A stretch of 64,000 bases of DNA from a virus (lineage: Duplodnaviria; Caudoviricetes). The notes below the pieces were generated by a model, which was not told the DNA's origin, did not search any database, and saw nothing but the letters and a program-made list of their open reading frames with translations. Shown piece by piece: positions 23,576 through 33,014 of this stretch (the stretch's first letter is position 1; every line of letters begins with the position of its first letter). The stretch is from the IMG/VR virus record IMGVR_UViG_3300014039_000012, positions 64,001-128,000 of that record, one strand, 5' to 3'. The position numbers were made by a program, and so were the translations under genes.

Positions 23576-23788
23576 ATGGTAACAGCGAAAGTTAATGACG
23601 ATAAAGAACTTGTTACAGAAATTAGAGAGAAAATCAAGGAGAACGATGGATATTGTGCCTGCGCCATTAAAAGATGTCCAGAGGTAAAATGTCCTTGCTC
23701 TAATTTCCGTCAAATGTTAAAAGAAGGGCGAGTTGGAGAGACTTGCCATTGTGGACTCTACGAGATTGTAGAGATCCCACAAAAATAA
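23576..23788 (+). CDS. ferredoxin:thioredoxin reductase catalytic-subunit-like protein
   Basis: GYCAC...CPC...CHCGLY pattern. Confidence 0.75.
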   Translation: MVTAKVNDDKELVTEIREKIKENDGYCACAIKRCPEVKCPCSNFRQMLKEGRVGETCHCGLYEIVEIPQK

Positions 23789-23811
23789 TATTTTTATAAG
23801 GAGGAATTTAA

Positions 23812-24618
23812 ATGGCAATATCTGTTGATTTAACTACTCTTTCTGGTTATTCTACCTTAGAAGAGGGAAAGACTTATAAAATATCTTGCCAAGCGATGGC
23901 AACTGGATATCAAAACTCCGATATGTCTGCGACTGTAAATTATACAGTTCCGGAAACAACAAAAACTCTTCCGGCTGGAACGTATGAGTGGGTTACAGAT
24001 AGTTCTGGTTGGTCGTCTTGGACAGAAGAATTTAATTTTATAAGCAATGGAAAACAATACACAAAAATGTCTTTGGTTGCCGGAACAAGTAGCATTCGAT
24101 TTTACTATTATGGAAATTCTGAGACGGCCGGAAGAGTTCTTGTGTCAAATGGATCGCAATGGACAGACGAAGTTTATAAAACGTTTACAATAATTGAAGA
24201 CCAGACGGTTTCTTCAAGCTTTTATACGTGGGCCGTTACTAATGGAAATCTCGAGAAAAAAGAACCGGAAACATGGCTATTGAATGAGACTCTCGACAAC
24301 GTACTTCGTGTCTATTATGGTCCATATGATTCTATTGAAAATTTTGCAACTTCTGTAGTAAATGGAAGTGGAGCATATTGGGTAATTGGTTTTACAAGTT
24401 ATGATCAGAATTATGGCGCTATTGGGTATGATCAATCTTCGGTGGCACAATCAGGAGCAGACGGCGCGGCAACATTGGTGTACTCTGTTGTTGAAACTAC
24501 GGGTGCCAAACCGACGACATGGTGGGTCGATGACGCATATCGGACTATCACATTCTCGCAGCCTGTTACCAATGAAACCCTACTTGCTTGGCTTGAAACG
24601 AACGGAACAAAACAATAA
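23812..24618 (+). CDS. putative virion decoration/fibre protein
   Basis: N-terminal half-Fn3-like segment; two repeats ending WxDxxY(K/R)TxT(I/F)...W...NG. Confidence 0.55.
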   Translation: MAISVDLTTLSGYSTLEEGKTYKISCQAMATGYQNSDMSATVNYTVPETTKTLPAGTYEWVTDSSGWSSWTEEFNFISNGKQYTKMSLVAGTSSIRFYYYGNSETAGRVLVSNGSQWTDEVYKTFTIIEDQTVSSSFYTWAVTNGNLEKKEPETWLLNETLDNVLRVYYGPYDSIENFATSVVNGSGAYWVIGFTSYDQNYGAIGYDQSSVAQSGADGAATLVYSVVETTGAKPTTWWVDDAYRTITFSQPVTNETLLAWLETNGTKQ

Positions 24619-24645
24619 TTTTTATTAAAAAGGAGAAAATCAAAA

Positions 24646-24978
24646 ATGATTACGCTCGAAGATTTTACAAAAAATGCAAATGGTACCTATCGCCAGGTAC
24701 TTTCTCTTAAACCGACCGACTCTCTTGATGAACTGCCTTCCGCAGTTCGTCCTATGAGTCCGGAATATTTCGCGGTTACTGTCGATTATGGTGTTCCTGC
24801 TGACGGCTCTGTAGCCATTGTTGAAGGTGGAGCATCTTATCTCTACTCAAATGGTGTCTGGGCAGAATCTCGCGGTCCTGCGGTTTTAAAAGAGTTGGAA
24901 GTGGATACGAATGGTACTTATGAACCAGATGAGGGTGTTGACGGTTATAGTAAGGTTACCGTTAATGTTAATGCCTGA
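24646..24978 (+). CDS. hypothetical virion-associated protein, paralog of 2183..2770
   Basis: PMSP...GVPADGSVAIV; C-terminal NGTYEPDEGVDGYSKVTVNV motif. Confidence 0.55.
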   Translation: MITLEDFTKNANGTYRQVLSLKPTDSLDELPSAVRPMSPEYFAVTVDYGVPADGSVAIVEGGASYLYSNGVWAESRGPAVLKELEVDTNGTYEPDEGVDGYSKVTVNVNA

Positions 24979-25032
24979 TAAAATGATGGTTTCATCAATT
25001 AAAATTATTTATTAAGAGAAAGGAGATAAATT

Positions 25033-25875
25033 ATGTCAACTTTTTTGACCCCGCCTGTATGGTATGGTAGTTCTGGAGAAGAAGACAAATCCTTAGTCAA
25101 TACCAAGACTTATGCCGCTGGTGGGCCTGACAACACTCCCTTTGGATATCTCGCAGTAGCTGGAAATCCAAATGGGGACAGTTTTGGAGCGGTAGCTATT
25201 GGATGTCAAGCACAAGCAACGGCGAGTAAGGCAATAGCAATTGGTTCTTATGATGAGAATGGAACAAGTCGCGATGTAATTGCTGCCGGGACTGGTTCAA
25301 TCGCAATTGGTGCAGGAGCTAAAGTAGAAGCAACTGGTGGAATGGCAATTGGTACTGGTTCAAGCGCCTTAGAAGGCGGTATTGCCATTGGAGAAAGTGC
25401 TTCTGCTTCTGGAAATATGATTCAAATCGGAAATCCAAGCACAAGATATGATTTAAAGATTGGAAATGGAAATTTTTCTCTCGTGAAAGGTTCGACTGCA
25501 CAAAACGGAGGAAATTGGATCAGTATAACAAGCGATGGAATTTCCGAAGGGTTATATCTTGTAAGATATGGCGGTGGTACACATATGAATGTTGTATATT
25601 TAATGGCTCCAATTACCATTACAGAACAAACTACCGGAACAACATCGGTAAACGATTGGTACTTTCCATATAGCACAGGGGAATTTCCTGTAACAGTAAA
25701 CAGCGTCAAAGTACCGGTTGATAAGAGCTATTATTTAAAAGTAGATAAAACTAGCACATCTTCAAATTTAAAAATTATTGCTGGAAGCTATACATACAAT
25801 AGTAGCCAAACACAGGCAACATTTACAAAAGATACAGATGCAACGGCGTACACTTATTTATTTAGAATTCTTTAA
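25033..25875 (+). CDS. YadA-head-like repeat protein (fibre/adhesin)
   Basis: Repeated AVAIG/AIAIG/SIAIG/GMAIG/GIAIG motifs. Confidence 0.65.
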   Translation: MSTFLTPPVWYGSSGEEDKSLVNTKTYAAGGPDNTPFGYLAVAGNPNGDSFGAVAIGCQAQATASKAIAIGSYDENGTSRDVIAAGTGSIAIGAGAKVEATGGMAIGTGSSALEGGIAIGESASASGNMIQIGNPSTRYDLKIGNGNFSLVKGSTAQNGGNWISITSDGISEGLYLVRYGGGTHMNVVYLMAPITITEQTTGTTSVNDWYFPYSTGEFPVTVNSVKVPVDKSYYLKVDKTSTSSNLKIIAGSYTYNSSQTQATFTKDTDATAYTYLFRIL

Positions 25876-25883
25876 AATCCCTC

Positions 25884-25912
25884 TTGACAAATCAATTTTT
25901 TTATGCTATAAT
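25884..25912 (+). promoter_or_regulatory. sigmaA-type promoter
   Basis: TTGACA-N17-TATAAT with TGn. Confidence 0.85.
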
Positions 25913-26047
25913 ATAACCAGCGGAAACCACTCCAATTCTAAAATTAATTTTTCGAAGAAAGGCGGCTTCAAAAAAGGACAATAAAACAGACATTTTATGG
26001 CCGCCTTTCTTGCGGAAAAGCTTAAAGCTTAAAAGGAGATAAGAAAG

Positions 26048-26383
26048 ATGATTTCACCTATCAAAAGAATTATCGAAAATATCAGAGCGAAGCGTGAGGA
26101 GAAGAAAACAATTGAGCAATATCTTCGAGCTTGCGAAATTTTCGATAGATTAAAAGACAACTGCGGTTATGTTTCAGTCGGAGATTGTTTATGGTCGTTT
26201 AGTGATCCGGAATCATTTTTCTGGTGGGTTCGCGGAGAGGACGATGGTAAATTTACAAAAGACGCCACTCTTCTTCACGAGCGCTACGTTAGACGTTCAA
26301 TTGCGAAAACTCTCGGATGTTCGACAATCGAAGAATTTACTGAAAAGATTAAAAATTATATTCTAAAAGGAGAAAAGATTTAA
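26048..26383 (+). CDS. hypothetical protein
   Basis: AAGGAG RBS. Confidence 0.6.
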   Translation: MISPIKRIIENIRAKREEKKTIEQYLRACEIFDRLKDNCGYVSVGDCLWSFSDPESFFWWVRGEDDGKFTKDATLLHERYVRRSIAKTLGCSTIEEFTEKIKNYILKGEKI

Positions 26384-26386
26384 GTT

Positions 26387-26638
26387 ATGAAGAATTCCAA
26401 TTACGATGTAAGAGTAGTTGAAGGAAGGACCAAAACTTGGTCTCCGTATGATTTGCAAAACGCAAGTTTTGATGACGTCCTTGCAGCGCTAAAAGACATC
26501 TTCGAAGGAGCATATGAAGAGGGTCGAAGAGCGGGATTTGAATCCGGCCTTGAACAAGCTCGTGGTTGTTGCGAAGAGTGCGAGGATTTCGAAGATTTGG
26601 AAGATGATTACGACATAGACGAGGTAATGGGGCGATGA
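26387..26638 (+). CDS. hypothetical acidic protein
   Basis: AAGGAG RBS; ORF in operon. Confidence 0.55.
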   Translation: MKNSNYDVRVVEGRTKTWSPYDLQNASFDDVLAALKDIFEGAYEEGRRAGFESGLEQARGCCEECEDFEDLEDDYDIDEVMGR

Positions 26639-27156
26639 GAAGCAAAGAGGAAAAATTAAAAAAGAAGTTTTTCGACAAAAAGCAGAAGGCTTCCGAAAAA
26701 GACTACCAATTGAATGTTTGGAAATTTTGGAACGATGGGAATATTTTCCGGAGAATCAGTGGATTTTTCAACAAGGTGAAATACGCAAGAGACCGCGCCC
26801 GTAAAGGATTCTGCGATTACGATCTTTGGGATATGGATATTTTTCTTGTCGATTTGATCATCCGATCTCTCGAAGAGCATAAGGAGTATACGTGCGGATA
26901 TCCTGACGGTAAATATTCGAGTTTCGAAGATTGGACAAATGCCATCGAGGAAGGAATCAATCATTTTAAGAAATATAAATATTTGATGAACGATGACAAT
27001 AACATATATTACCTCGCGTATATGCAGGTAATCAGAAAAGAAGACGGTTCCGACAAGTTTGATGCTGAAAGTAGAGAAATGTATGAGGAAGCACAAAACG
27101 AACTTCGTCTTGGGTTTGAATTTTTGATTGAAAATCTGCGGCATCTTTGGTGGTAA
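26635..27156 (+). CDS. hypothetical phage protein
   Basis: ATGA overlap; DLWDMD...GYP...LWW pattern. Confidence 0.6.
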   Translation: MRSKEEKLKKKFFDKKQKASEKDYQLNVWKFWNDGNIFRRISGFFNKVKYARDRARKGFCDYDLWDMDIFLVDLIIRSLEEHKEYTCGYPDGKYSSFEDWTNAIEEGINHFKKYKYLMNDDNNIYYLAYMQVIRKEDGSDKFDAESREMYEEAQNELRLGFEFLIENLRHLWW

Positions 27157-27173
27157 GCGAAAGGAGATAAAAA

Positions 27174-28433
27174 GTGGATAAGAAAAGATTGAAAGTTTCC
27201 GTTTATGCCATTATGAAGGACGAAGAGCAGTTCTTCGATCGTTGGATTGAATCAATGTGGGACAATGGTAATGGAGCGGATGAAATTTGTGTGCTTGACA
27301 CTGGTTCGGAAGATGGTTGGGAGGAGTTATTATACGCGGCGGCAGATAAGGCCGGAATGCCCGCTGATTATCTAAAAGTCGATCAAAAGGTTTATTCTCC
27401 GTGGAGATTTGACATTCCTCGTAATGACAGTATGAAATTAATTTCGGATGACGCTGATATCTGCATTTGCACGGACTTGGATGAGATTCTGAAGCCCGGT
27501 TGGGGGACGGAACTTCGTAGGGTTGCAGAAGAGAATCCAACTGCTGGACAGATTTACTATTATTATGCTTGGAGCAGTGATGAAAAGACTGGCGAAGCAA
27601 AAAGATATTTCTGGTATAATAAATGTCATCGGAATCCGAAATATGGAGTCGAATGGAAGTATCCGGTTCACGAAACGTTAACATATAGCGACGAGTATCA
27701 GAAAATGTTTCCTAACAGCGCTCGAATGACCGACCAGACGATTTGGTTGTGGCACTATCCTGATCAAACAAAGAGTCGCGGAAGTTATCTTGGACTTCTT
27801 GAGCTTCGAGCACAGGAATCACCAGAAGATATGTACGGATTATTTTATCTTGCTCGCGAATATACTTTCCGTGGAATGTGGGATAAATGTTACCAATGGG
27901 CATCCTATTTGCTTGCGAGAATCAAGTCGACAGGCAATGACGATATGTTGATGGAGCCGGCGGTATATGTTTTGCTCGGAGAGGCGAGCGACAGAATTGG
28001 TGCGGTAGATGAATGCGAGTTCTATTATAAGGAAGCGATTAAACTCTATCCGACATATAGAGATTCGTATATTAGACTGGCGCAAAAGTTCGCATATTCC
28101 AACCGTCCTGCGGAATGTTTTGAAGTTTTGAAGGAAATGGACGAAAAGTCTGAAAGAGTTCGAGACTGGAGAAATCTGGATTATATGTGGCGTGAGTGGA
28201 AGACTTGTCAAATCAGAGCAGATGCGCTAATGTGGATGGGTCGATATCTTGAAGCCGCCGAAGAAATGCAGAAAGCGGTTGTTGATATTAAGTCAGATGA
28301 TGACACAAGAGAGGCTCGACAAGAAGGATTTTATGGGGATTTGAAATTCTTGCAAAATAAGTTGAGCGCATTATCGAGAGCGAATGAGGAAACAAACAAG
28401 GCATCGGAAGAAGCAAAAGAGACAAAAGAATAA
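27174..28433 (+). CDS. GT2 glycosyltransferase with C-terminal TPRs
   Basis: VSVYAIMKDEE, VLDTGSED, WRFDIPRN, TDLDE, WKYPVHE, HYPD and FYLAREY motifs followed by TPR-like helices. Confidence 0.88.
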   Translation: MDKKRLKVSVYAIMKDEEQFFDRWIESMWDNGNGADEICVLDTGSEDGWEELLYAAADKAGMPADYLKVDQKVYSPWRFDIPRNDSMKLISDDADICICTDLDEILKPGWGTELRRVAEENPTAGQIYYYYAWSSDEKTGEAKRYFWYNKCHRNPKYGVEWKYPVHETLTYSDEYQKMFPNSARMTDQTIWLWHYPDQTKSRGSYLGLLELRAQESPEDMYGLFYLAREYTFRGMWDKCYQWASYLLARIKSTGNDDMLMEPAVYVLLGEASDRIGAVDECEFYYKEAIKLYPTYRDSYIRLAQKFAYSNRPAECFEVLKEMDEKSERVRDWRNLDYMWREWKTCQIRADALMWMGRYLEAAEEMQKAVVDIKSDDDTREARQEGFYGDLKFLQNKLSALSRANEETNKASEEAKETKE

Positions 28434-28438
28434 TTACT

Positions 28439-28469
28439 AAAAAAGAGGGGATTATACCCCTCTTTTTTT
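28439..28469 (+). terminator. intrinsic terminator
   Basis: AAAAAAGAGGGG-attata-CCCCTCTTTTTTT. Confidence 0.85.
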
Positions 28470-28518
28470 ATGCGTTTTAACAAAATGAATAAAACAATCC
28501 TTTTATTTGCAAAACCTC

Positions 28519-28547
28519 TTGACAAATCAAAACTTTTATGGTATACT
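28519..28547 (+). promoter_or_regulatory. sigmaA-type promoter
   Basis: TTGACA-N17-TATACT with TGn. Confidence 0.8.
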
Positions 28548-28594
28548 ATACTTGCGGTGAAAGACCGAAATTATATTAAAGGAGCGAAAACGAA

Positions 28595-29239
28595 GTGAAA
28601 GCTATTTTACCCGAAAACACAAATACCGAATACAATCCTAATCGAAAGCAGAAAAGAAAGATGCTTCAAAGTCTGAATCGAAAGGCAAAGCGTCCAATTA
28701 CAAAGGACGAGTTTGAACAGTTTCTGATGGTTCAGAGACTTCGTCACGGAGACGTTCGAGATAACGATATCCGCAAGATGGCAATGAACAACGTTGCCCA
28801 TTACGACAATCCCGACAAGTTCCCGAATGGAATTGAAGTTAAGCTGAATTATGCAGAGATTTCGCAGAGAAAGCGCGAGGACTTCCGCGAGGAATATTGG
28901 CAGTGGGTCGAGGAGCATAAGGATGATGTCTTCCATCTTGATCGCGAGGAAAACGCAAGCTCCCTTGTTTGTCTGGCAGAAGATGAAAGATATCGGGAAG
29001 TGGATGGAGAGAAGGTTAGAATTCCGAGATGGGAGTTTGACCTGTTTGCCGATCTGCTGGTTAAGAATGAGGCTGGAGAATTTGTGTCTCCGTGGGACAT
29101 TCCTGACAGTACTGGAGATTTTGTAGATTCGACTGTTGCCAACGAAGTTCTCGCTGAAAGAGAAAATGAAAAGGCGGCAGAAGCGAAGAAGGAAGATGTT
29201 GTTGAAACACCCGTAGAAACTTGCAGGGAGTCGGTGTGA
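28595..29239 (+). CDS. hypothetical protein
   Basis: GTG start after AAGGAG; NRKQKR motif. Confidence 0.6.
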   Translation: MKAILPENTNTEYNPNRKQKRKMLQSLNRKAKRPITKDEFEQFLMVQRLRHGDVRDNDIRKMAMNNVAHYDNPDKFPNGIEVKLNYAEISQRKREDFREEYWQWVEEHKDDVFHLDREENASSLVCLAEDERYREVDGEKVRIPRWEFDLFADLLVKNEAGEFVSPWDIPDSTGDFVDSTVANEVLAERENEKAAEAKKEDVVETPVETCRESV

Positions 29240-29414
29240 AAATTTATGCCGTAATGGATCTCAATTATTATGGAAATGAGATCAAAGGATTATTTTTAGG
29301 TGAACAAAACGCCGAAAAGTACATTGAAAAAATTATGCAGTCAGACGATGATTATTTGGATTTGTTTATTTCCGAGTTTTCGGTTTTGGATGCGTGAAGA
29401 AAGGAGAAGACGAA

Positions 29415-30053
29415 ATGTCAATGGTTGAATATAATAAGATCGAGACGATTTATCGTCGCGATGAAAAAACAAAGAAACTTGTTATCGGAGAGTTTACCAA
29501 TCCGACGATTGAGTTTTGTAAAGATCTTCCGTGGACTTTTACGGAAAAGATTGACGGAACTTCAATGCGAGCCTATTGGGATGGTCACACGGTAACATTT
29601 GGCGGAAGAACAGACAGAGCACAGATTCCAGCGCCTCTTGTTAATCGAATGAATGAGCTTTTTGGCGGAGAGGCGAACGCACAGTTATTCGAACAGAAGT
29701 TCGGAGAAACGGAAGTTATTCTTTTCGGAGAAGGATATGGACCGAAGATTCAGAACGGCGGAGGTTATCGAGACGATGTTGACTTCATCCTTTTTGACAT
29801 TATGATTGCTGGAAATTATCAGCCTCGTTCTTCGGTAGAAGATATTGCCCAGTATTTTGGTATCGATATTGTTCCGATTGTTTTGGAGGGAACTATTGCC
29901 GAAGGCGTTGATTACGTCCTCCACAATCGTAAGAGCCTGATTGCGAAGAATGGGGCGCTGATTGAGGGGCTTGTCGGAAGACCGAAAATCGAACTTCGGG
30001 ATAGGGTTGGCAAGAGATTGATTTGTAAGATTAAGTACAAAGATTTCGAGTAA
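29415..30053 (+). CDS. RNA ligase, Rnl2-type nucleotidyltransferase
   Basis: Motif I TEKIDGT, LFGEGYG, FILFDI, EGLVGRP, KIK. Confidence 0.85.
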   Translation: MSMVEYNKIETIYRRDEKTKKLVIGEFTNPTIEFCKDLPWTFTEKIDGTSMRAYWDGHTVTFGGRTDRAQIPAPLVNRMNELFGGEANAQLFEQKFGETEVILFGEGYGPKIQNGGGYRDDVDFILFDIMIAGNYQPRSSVEDIAQYFGIDIVPIVLEGTIAEGVDYVLHNRKSLIAKNGALIEGLVGRPKIELRDRVGKRLICKIKYKDFE

Positions 30054-30071
30054 AAATTTTTGAAAAACCTC

Positions 30072-30100
30072 TTGACAAAAGAGGAGAAATATGTTATAAT
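30072..30100 (+). promoter_or_regulatory. sigmaA-type promoter
   Basis: TTGACA-N17-TATAAT with TGn; partial hairpin CCTCTT/AAGAGG. Confidence 0.85.
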
Positions 30101-30168
30101 ATAATCGTGGCGGAGAAAGCCCCGAATAAACGAAAATATTTTTAATTAATGAAACGGAGATTTTAACG

Positions 30169-31311
30169 ATGGCAGCAACATTTGAATTCGTAGGAAAGCT
30201 GAAGAAAATCGAAAAGGAAACCGAGAAGTTTAAGGCGTTTGACGAGAAGCGTTATGATTCCGGTTGGACTAATCAGACTTTCAAATTCAATGCGATTAAC
30301 GGCAATAACTCGCATATTATGCAGATTCGCGCCGGATTTTGGAGTAAAGCAGATAGCTCGGTAGACGTGAGTAAGATGAAGATTTATGCACGGTCGAAGG
30401 CAGAGGGCGGTGCAAAGAGCCAGCAGTTGGAAGTAGCATTCGCTGATAGAACGAATCCCGAAGTCCTTGCTAAGATCGCGTATTACAGCAAGTTTGGAAT
30501 TAACCTGAATAAGCCCGGCGAAGAGAAGCTTGCTTCTAATGATCGCGAGTATCTTTTTGAGGGCGATTTTATGAATGCTCTTCGTAAGCTGATGGATAAT
30601 CCAAATTTCACCGGACGTAAGATTCGTATTAAAGGGAATGTAGATTTCCAGTATGGCGAAAGCACTGGTGTTTTCTATCGTACTTTTACACCGACTCGTG
30701 TCTGGCTTGCCGGCGATGATGAGAAAGAAATGATGAAGATGTCCGTTGATCTGATTTACGGTCCGGAGTCGATTGATGAAAGTGACGATGGTATTGTTCG
30801 TGTGAATTGCTATCATAGATATTACGACGTGAATTATCGTAAGGATGCTTGCAAGGGACAGACGACTTGTCCGATTCAGTTTGTTGTAAGAGATCAGAAG
30901 ATTTTCGACCTCGTTTGTCGCAGATTTACAAACTTCCCCGACGAGTGCAAGTTTGCAAAGACAGATGTAATGCTTGATGTCATCAATGGCACAGAGATGG
31001 TGTCGCTGACATATGATGATCTTTCTGATGAGGCGAAGGAAAATATCGATTTCGGTCTTTCTACTCTCGAGGATGAGATTCGTCTCGCTGGAGGAACCGC
31101 ATTTGGAGATCGCGTAACAGAACTGCGTTTTGCAAGTTCGAGAAATATTCAGGGGACGGCATATGAGGCGGAAGATCTGTTTCCTCCGAGACACGATGGT
31201 GTTGATGATAGAGACATCAGCGAAGTTGATGAAGCAGACGATACGAAGAGTGGACTTTCAACAGAGAAAAAGGCTGACGATGAAGATTTCGATCTGTTCG
31301 GAGATCTTTAA
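30169..31311 (+). CDS. putative single-stranded DNA-binding protein
   Basis: First gene of the replication module; acidic C-terminal tail DDEDFDLFGDL. Confidence 0.55.
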   Translation: MAATFEFVGKLKKIEKETEKFKAFDEKRYDSGWTNQTFKFNAINGNNSHIMQIRAGFWSKADSSVDVSKMKIYARSKAEGGAKSQQLEVAFADRTNPEVLAKIAYYSKFGINLNKPGEEKLASNDREYLFEGDFMNALRKLMDNPNFTGRKIRIKGNVDFQYGESTGVFYRTFTPTRVWLAGDDEKEMMKMSVDLIYGPESIDESDDGIVRVNCYHRYYDVNYRKDACKGQTTCPIQFVVRDQKIFDLVCRRFTNFPDECKFAKTDVMLDVINGTEMVSLTYDDLSDEAKENIDFGLSTLEDEIRLAGGTAFGDRVTELRFASSRNIQGTAYEAEDLFPPRHDGVDDRDISEVDEADDTKSGLSTEKKADDEDFDLFGDL

Positions 31312-31384
31312 TTAATAAGGATGTGTGGGCAGATGGATTGAAGATGGATGGATGAGAATCTGTCTGCTCACACAAAATTGAAGT

Positions 31385-32995
31385 ATGGAAGAAAAAGAAG
31401 ACAGACGTTGGTGCGTTTATATGCACGTTTTTCCGAATAATAAAAAATATGTTGGAATAACGTGTGAAAAACCACAAAATAGGTGGGGTAAGGATGGCAG
31501 TGGATATTTAACAGTTCGAAACGGGAAATATACACAACCGGCTATTGCCAATGCAATCAATAAATATTGTCCAAATAGTGGGGATTGGGATAATCTTGTA
31601 AAACATAAGGTTTTATTTGAAAATCTTACCCAAAGTGAAGCTGGCGAAAAAGAGAAATATTTAATAAAAAAATATGATACTACAAATGGGTTATACGGAT
31701 ATAATATTAGAGAAGGTGGAATTGATGGCATAAATGCAGGATTGTGTTATCCAGTTATTCAATTAGATCTATTTGGAAATTATATTGCGAGATATAAAAG
31801 CTGTGCGGAGGCCGGGGTATTACTAGATATAGACGAAAGATATATAGTAGATTGTAAAAATCATAATAGAGGTTGTGCTTGTGGTTTTATATTTATATCG
31901 GAGGAAGAATACGATCCAAATAAAGATTATAAGTATAAATTTCGCGGAATAGAGGTTGTGCAATTTACTATAGAGGGAGAGTATCTTAAAACATTCTTAA
32001 ATCCCATAGATGCTTCAGAAAAAACTGGTATTAATGCGGTTTCGATTAGAGGGTGTTGTTCTAACAAATATGGAACTGCTGGTGGCTATAGATGGTTATA
32101 TTTAAATGAATGGAATGGAGAAAATCTTCCTAAGATTAAATACGACTATAAAAATAAGAAAATCTTAAACCGAGCTAAACCAAGAGTCAAGTCGGTAAAC
32201 AGATATGACAAACGCGGAGAATATATCTGCACATATGACAGCATTCAAGAAGCCGCATTTGATGTTGAGTGTTCGAGCACAAATATAAGTTTATGTTGTA
32301 AACAGAAACATAAAACAGTGAAAGGGTCGTATTGGAGATATTCTGAAGAAGTCCCTTCAAATCAAAATATTGAAATTGTAAAAATAAAATCAAATAAAGG
32401 AAGACCGGTTGTTCAATTTTCTTTCAAGGGAGATTTTATTGAGGTTTATCCAAGCGCTAAAACTGCTGAAGAAATAACTGGGATTCCAGCGGCAGGTATT
32501 TCTAATTGCTGCATTAAAAAGCAAATTTCTTCTGGAGGATATTTGTGGGCAATAGAATCTGAATATAAAAGCGGATATGTTCCAACATATCATATAGACC
32601 ATATTATATCGGTTGTCCAACTTGATTTGAATGGAAATTTTTTAAAAAAATATAATTCCATAAAAGAAGCCTCCGAAATTACTGGAGTCAATTCGTCAAA
32701 TATTACTGTATGTTGTCAAAAATCGGGTACTTCCGCTGGTGGTTATCAATGGGTATATCTAAAAAATTATGACTTAAACAAAGAATACCCAACAATCAAA
32801 CCGCACGAAAAAAGAGTTGTTAAGTTGACAAGAGATATGAAATATATTGATTGTTTTAACAGTTTGACAGAAGCAGCGAGTTCCATCGGGAAAGACACTT
32901 CTGCCATTGTGAGAAATTGCAAAGAGCAATGGAGAACAGCATATGGGTTTAAATGGATGTATGAAGAAGATTATTTAAAGTTAAATAAACAATAA
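31385..32995 (+). CDS. free-standing GIY-YIG homing endonuclease with six NUMOD1-like repeats
   Basis: CVYMH...KKYVGIT...R...E...GYN nuclease domain; six PVxQxxxxGxxIxxYxSxxEA...W repeats. Confidence 0.85.
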   Translation: MEEKEDRRWCVYMHVFPNNKKYVGITCEKPQNRWGKDGSGYLTVRNGKYTQPAIANAINKYCPNSGDWDNLVKHKVLFENLTQSEAGEKEKYLIKKYDTTNGLYGYNIREGGIDGINAGLCYPVIQLDLFGNYIARYKSCAEAGVLLDIDERYIVDCKNHNRGCACGFIFISEEEYDPNKDYKYKFRGIEVVQFTIEGEYLKTFLNPIDASEKTGINAVSIRGCCSNKYGTAGGYRWLYLNEWNGENLPKIKYDYKNKKILNRAKPRVKSVNRYDKRGEYICTYDSIQEAAFDVECSSTNISLCCKQKHKTVKGSYWRYSEEVPSNQNIEIVKIKSNKGRPVVQFSFKGDFIEVYPSAKTAEEITGIPAAGISNCCIKKQISSGGYLWAIESEYKSGYVPTYHIDHIISVVQLDLNGNFLKKYNSIKEASEITGVNSSNITVCCQKSGTSAGGYQWVYLKNYDLNKEYPTIKPHEKRVVKLTRDMKYIDCFNSLTEAASSIGKDTSAIVRNCKEQWRTAYGFKWMYEEDYLKLNKQ

Positions 32996-33014
32996 TAAAA
33001 GGAGATAAATAATT

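Noticed and set aside
25913-25940. tRNA-like 3' end (CCACTCCA)
   Set aside because: No T-loop or cloverleaf; no tRNA gene was recognised in the window
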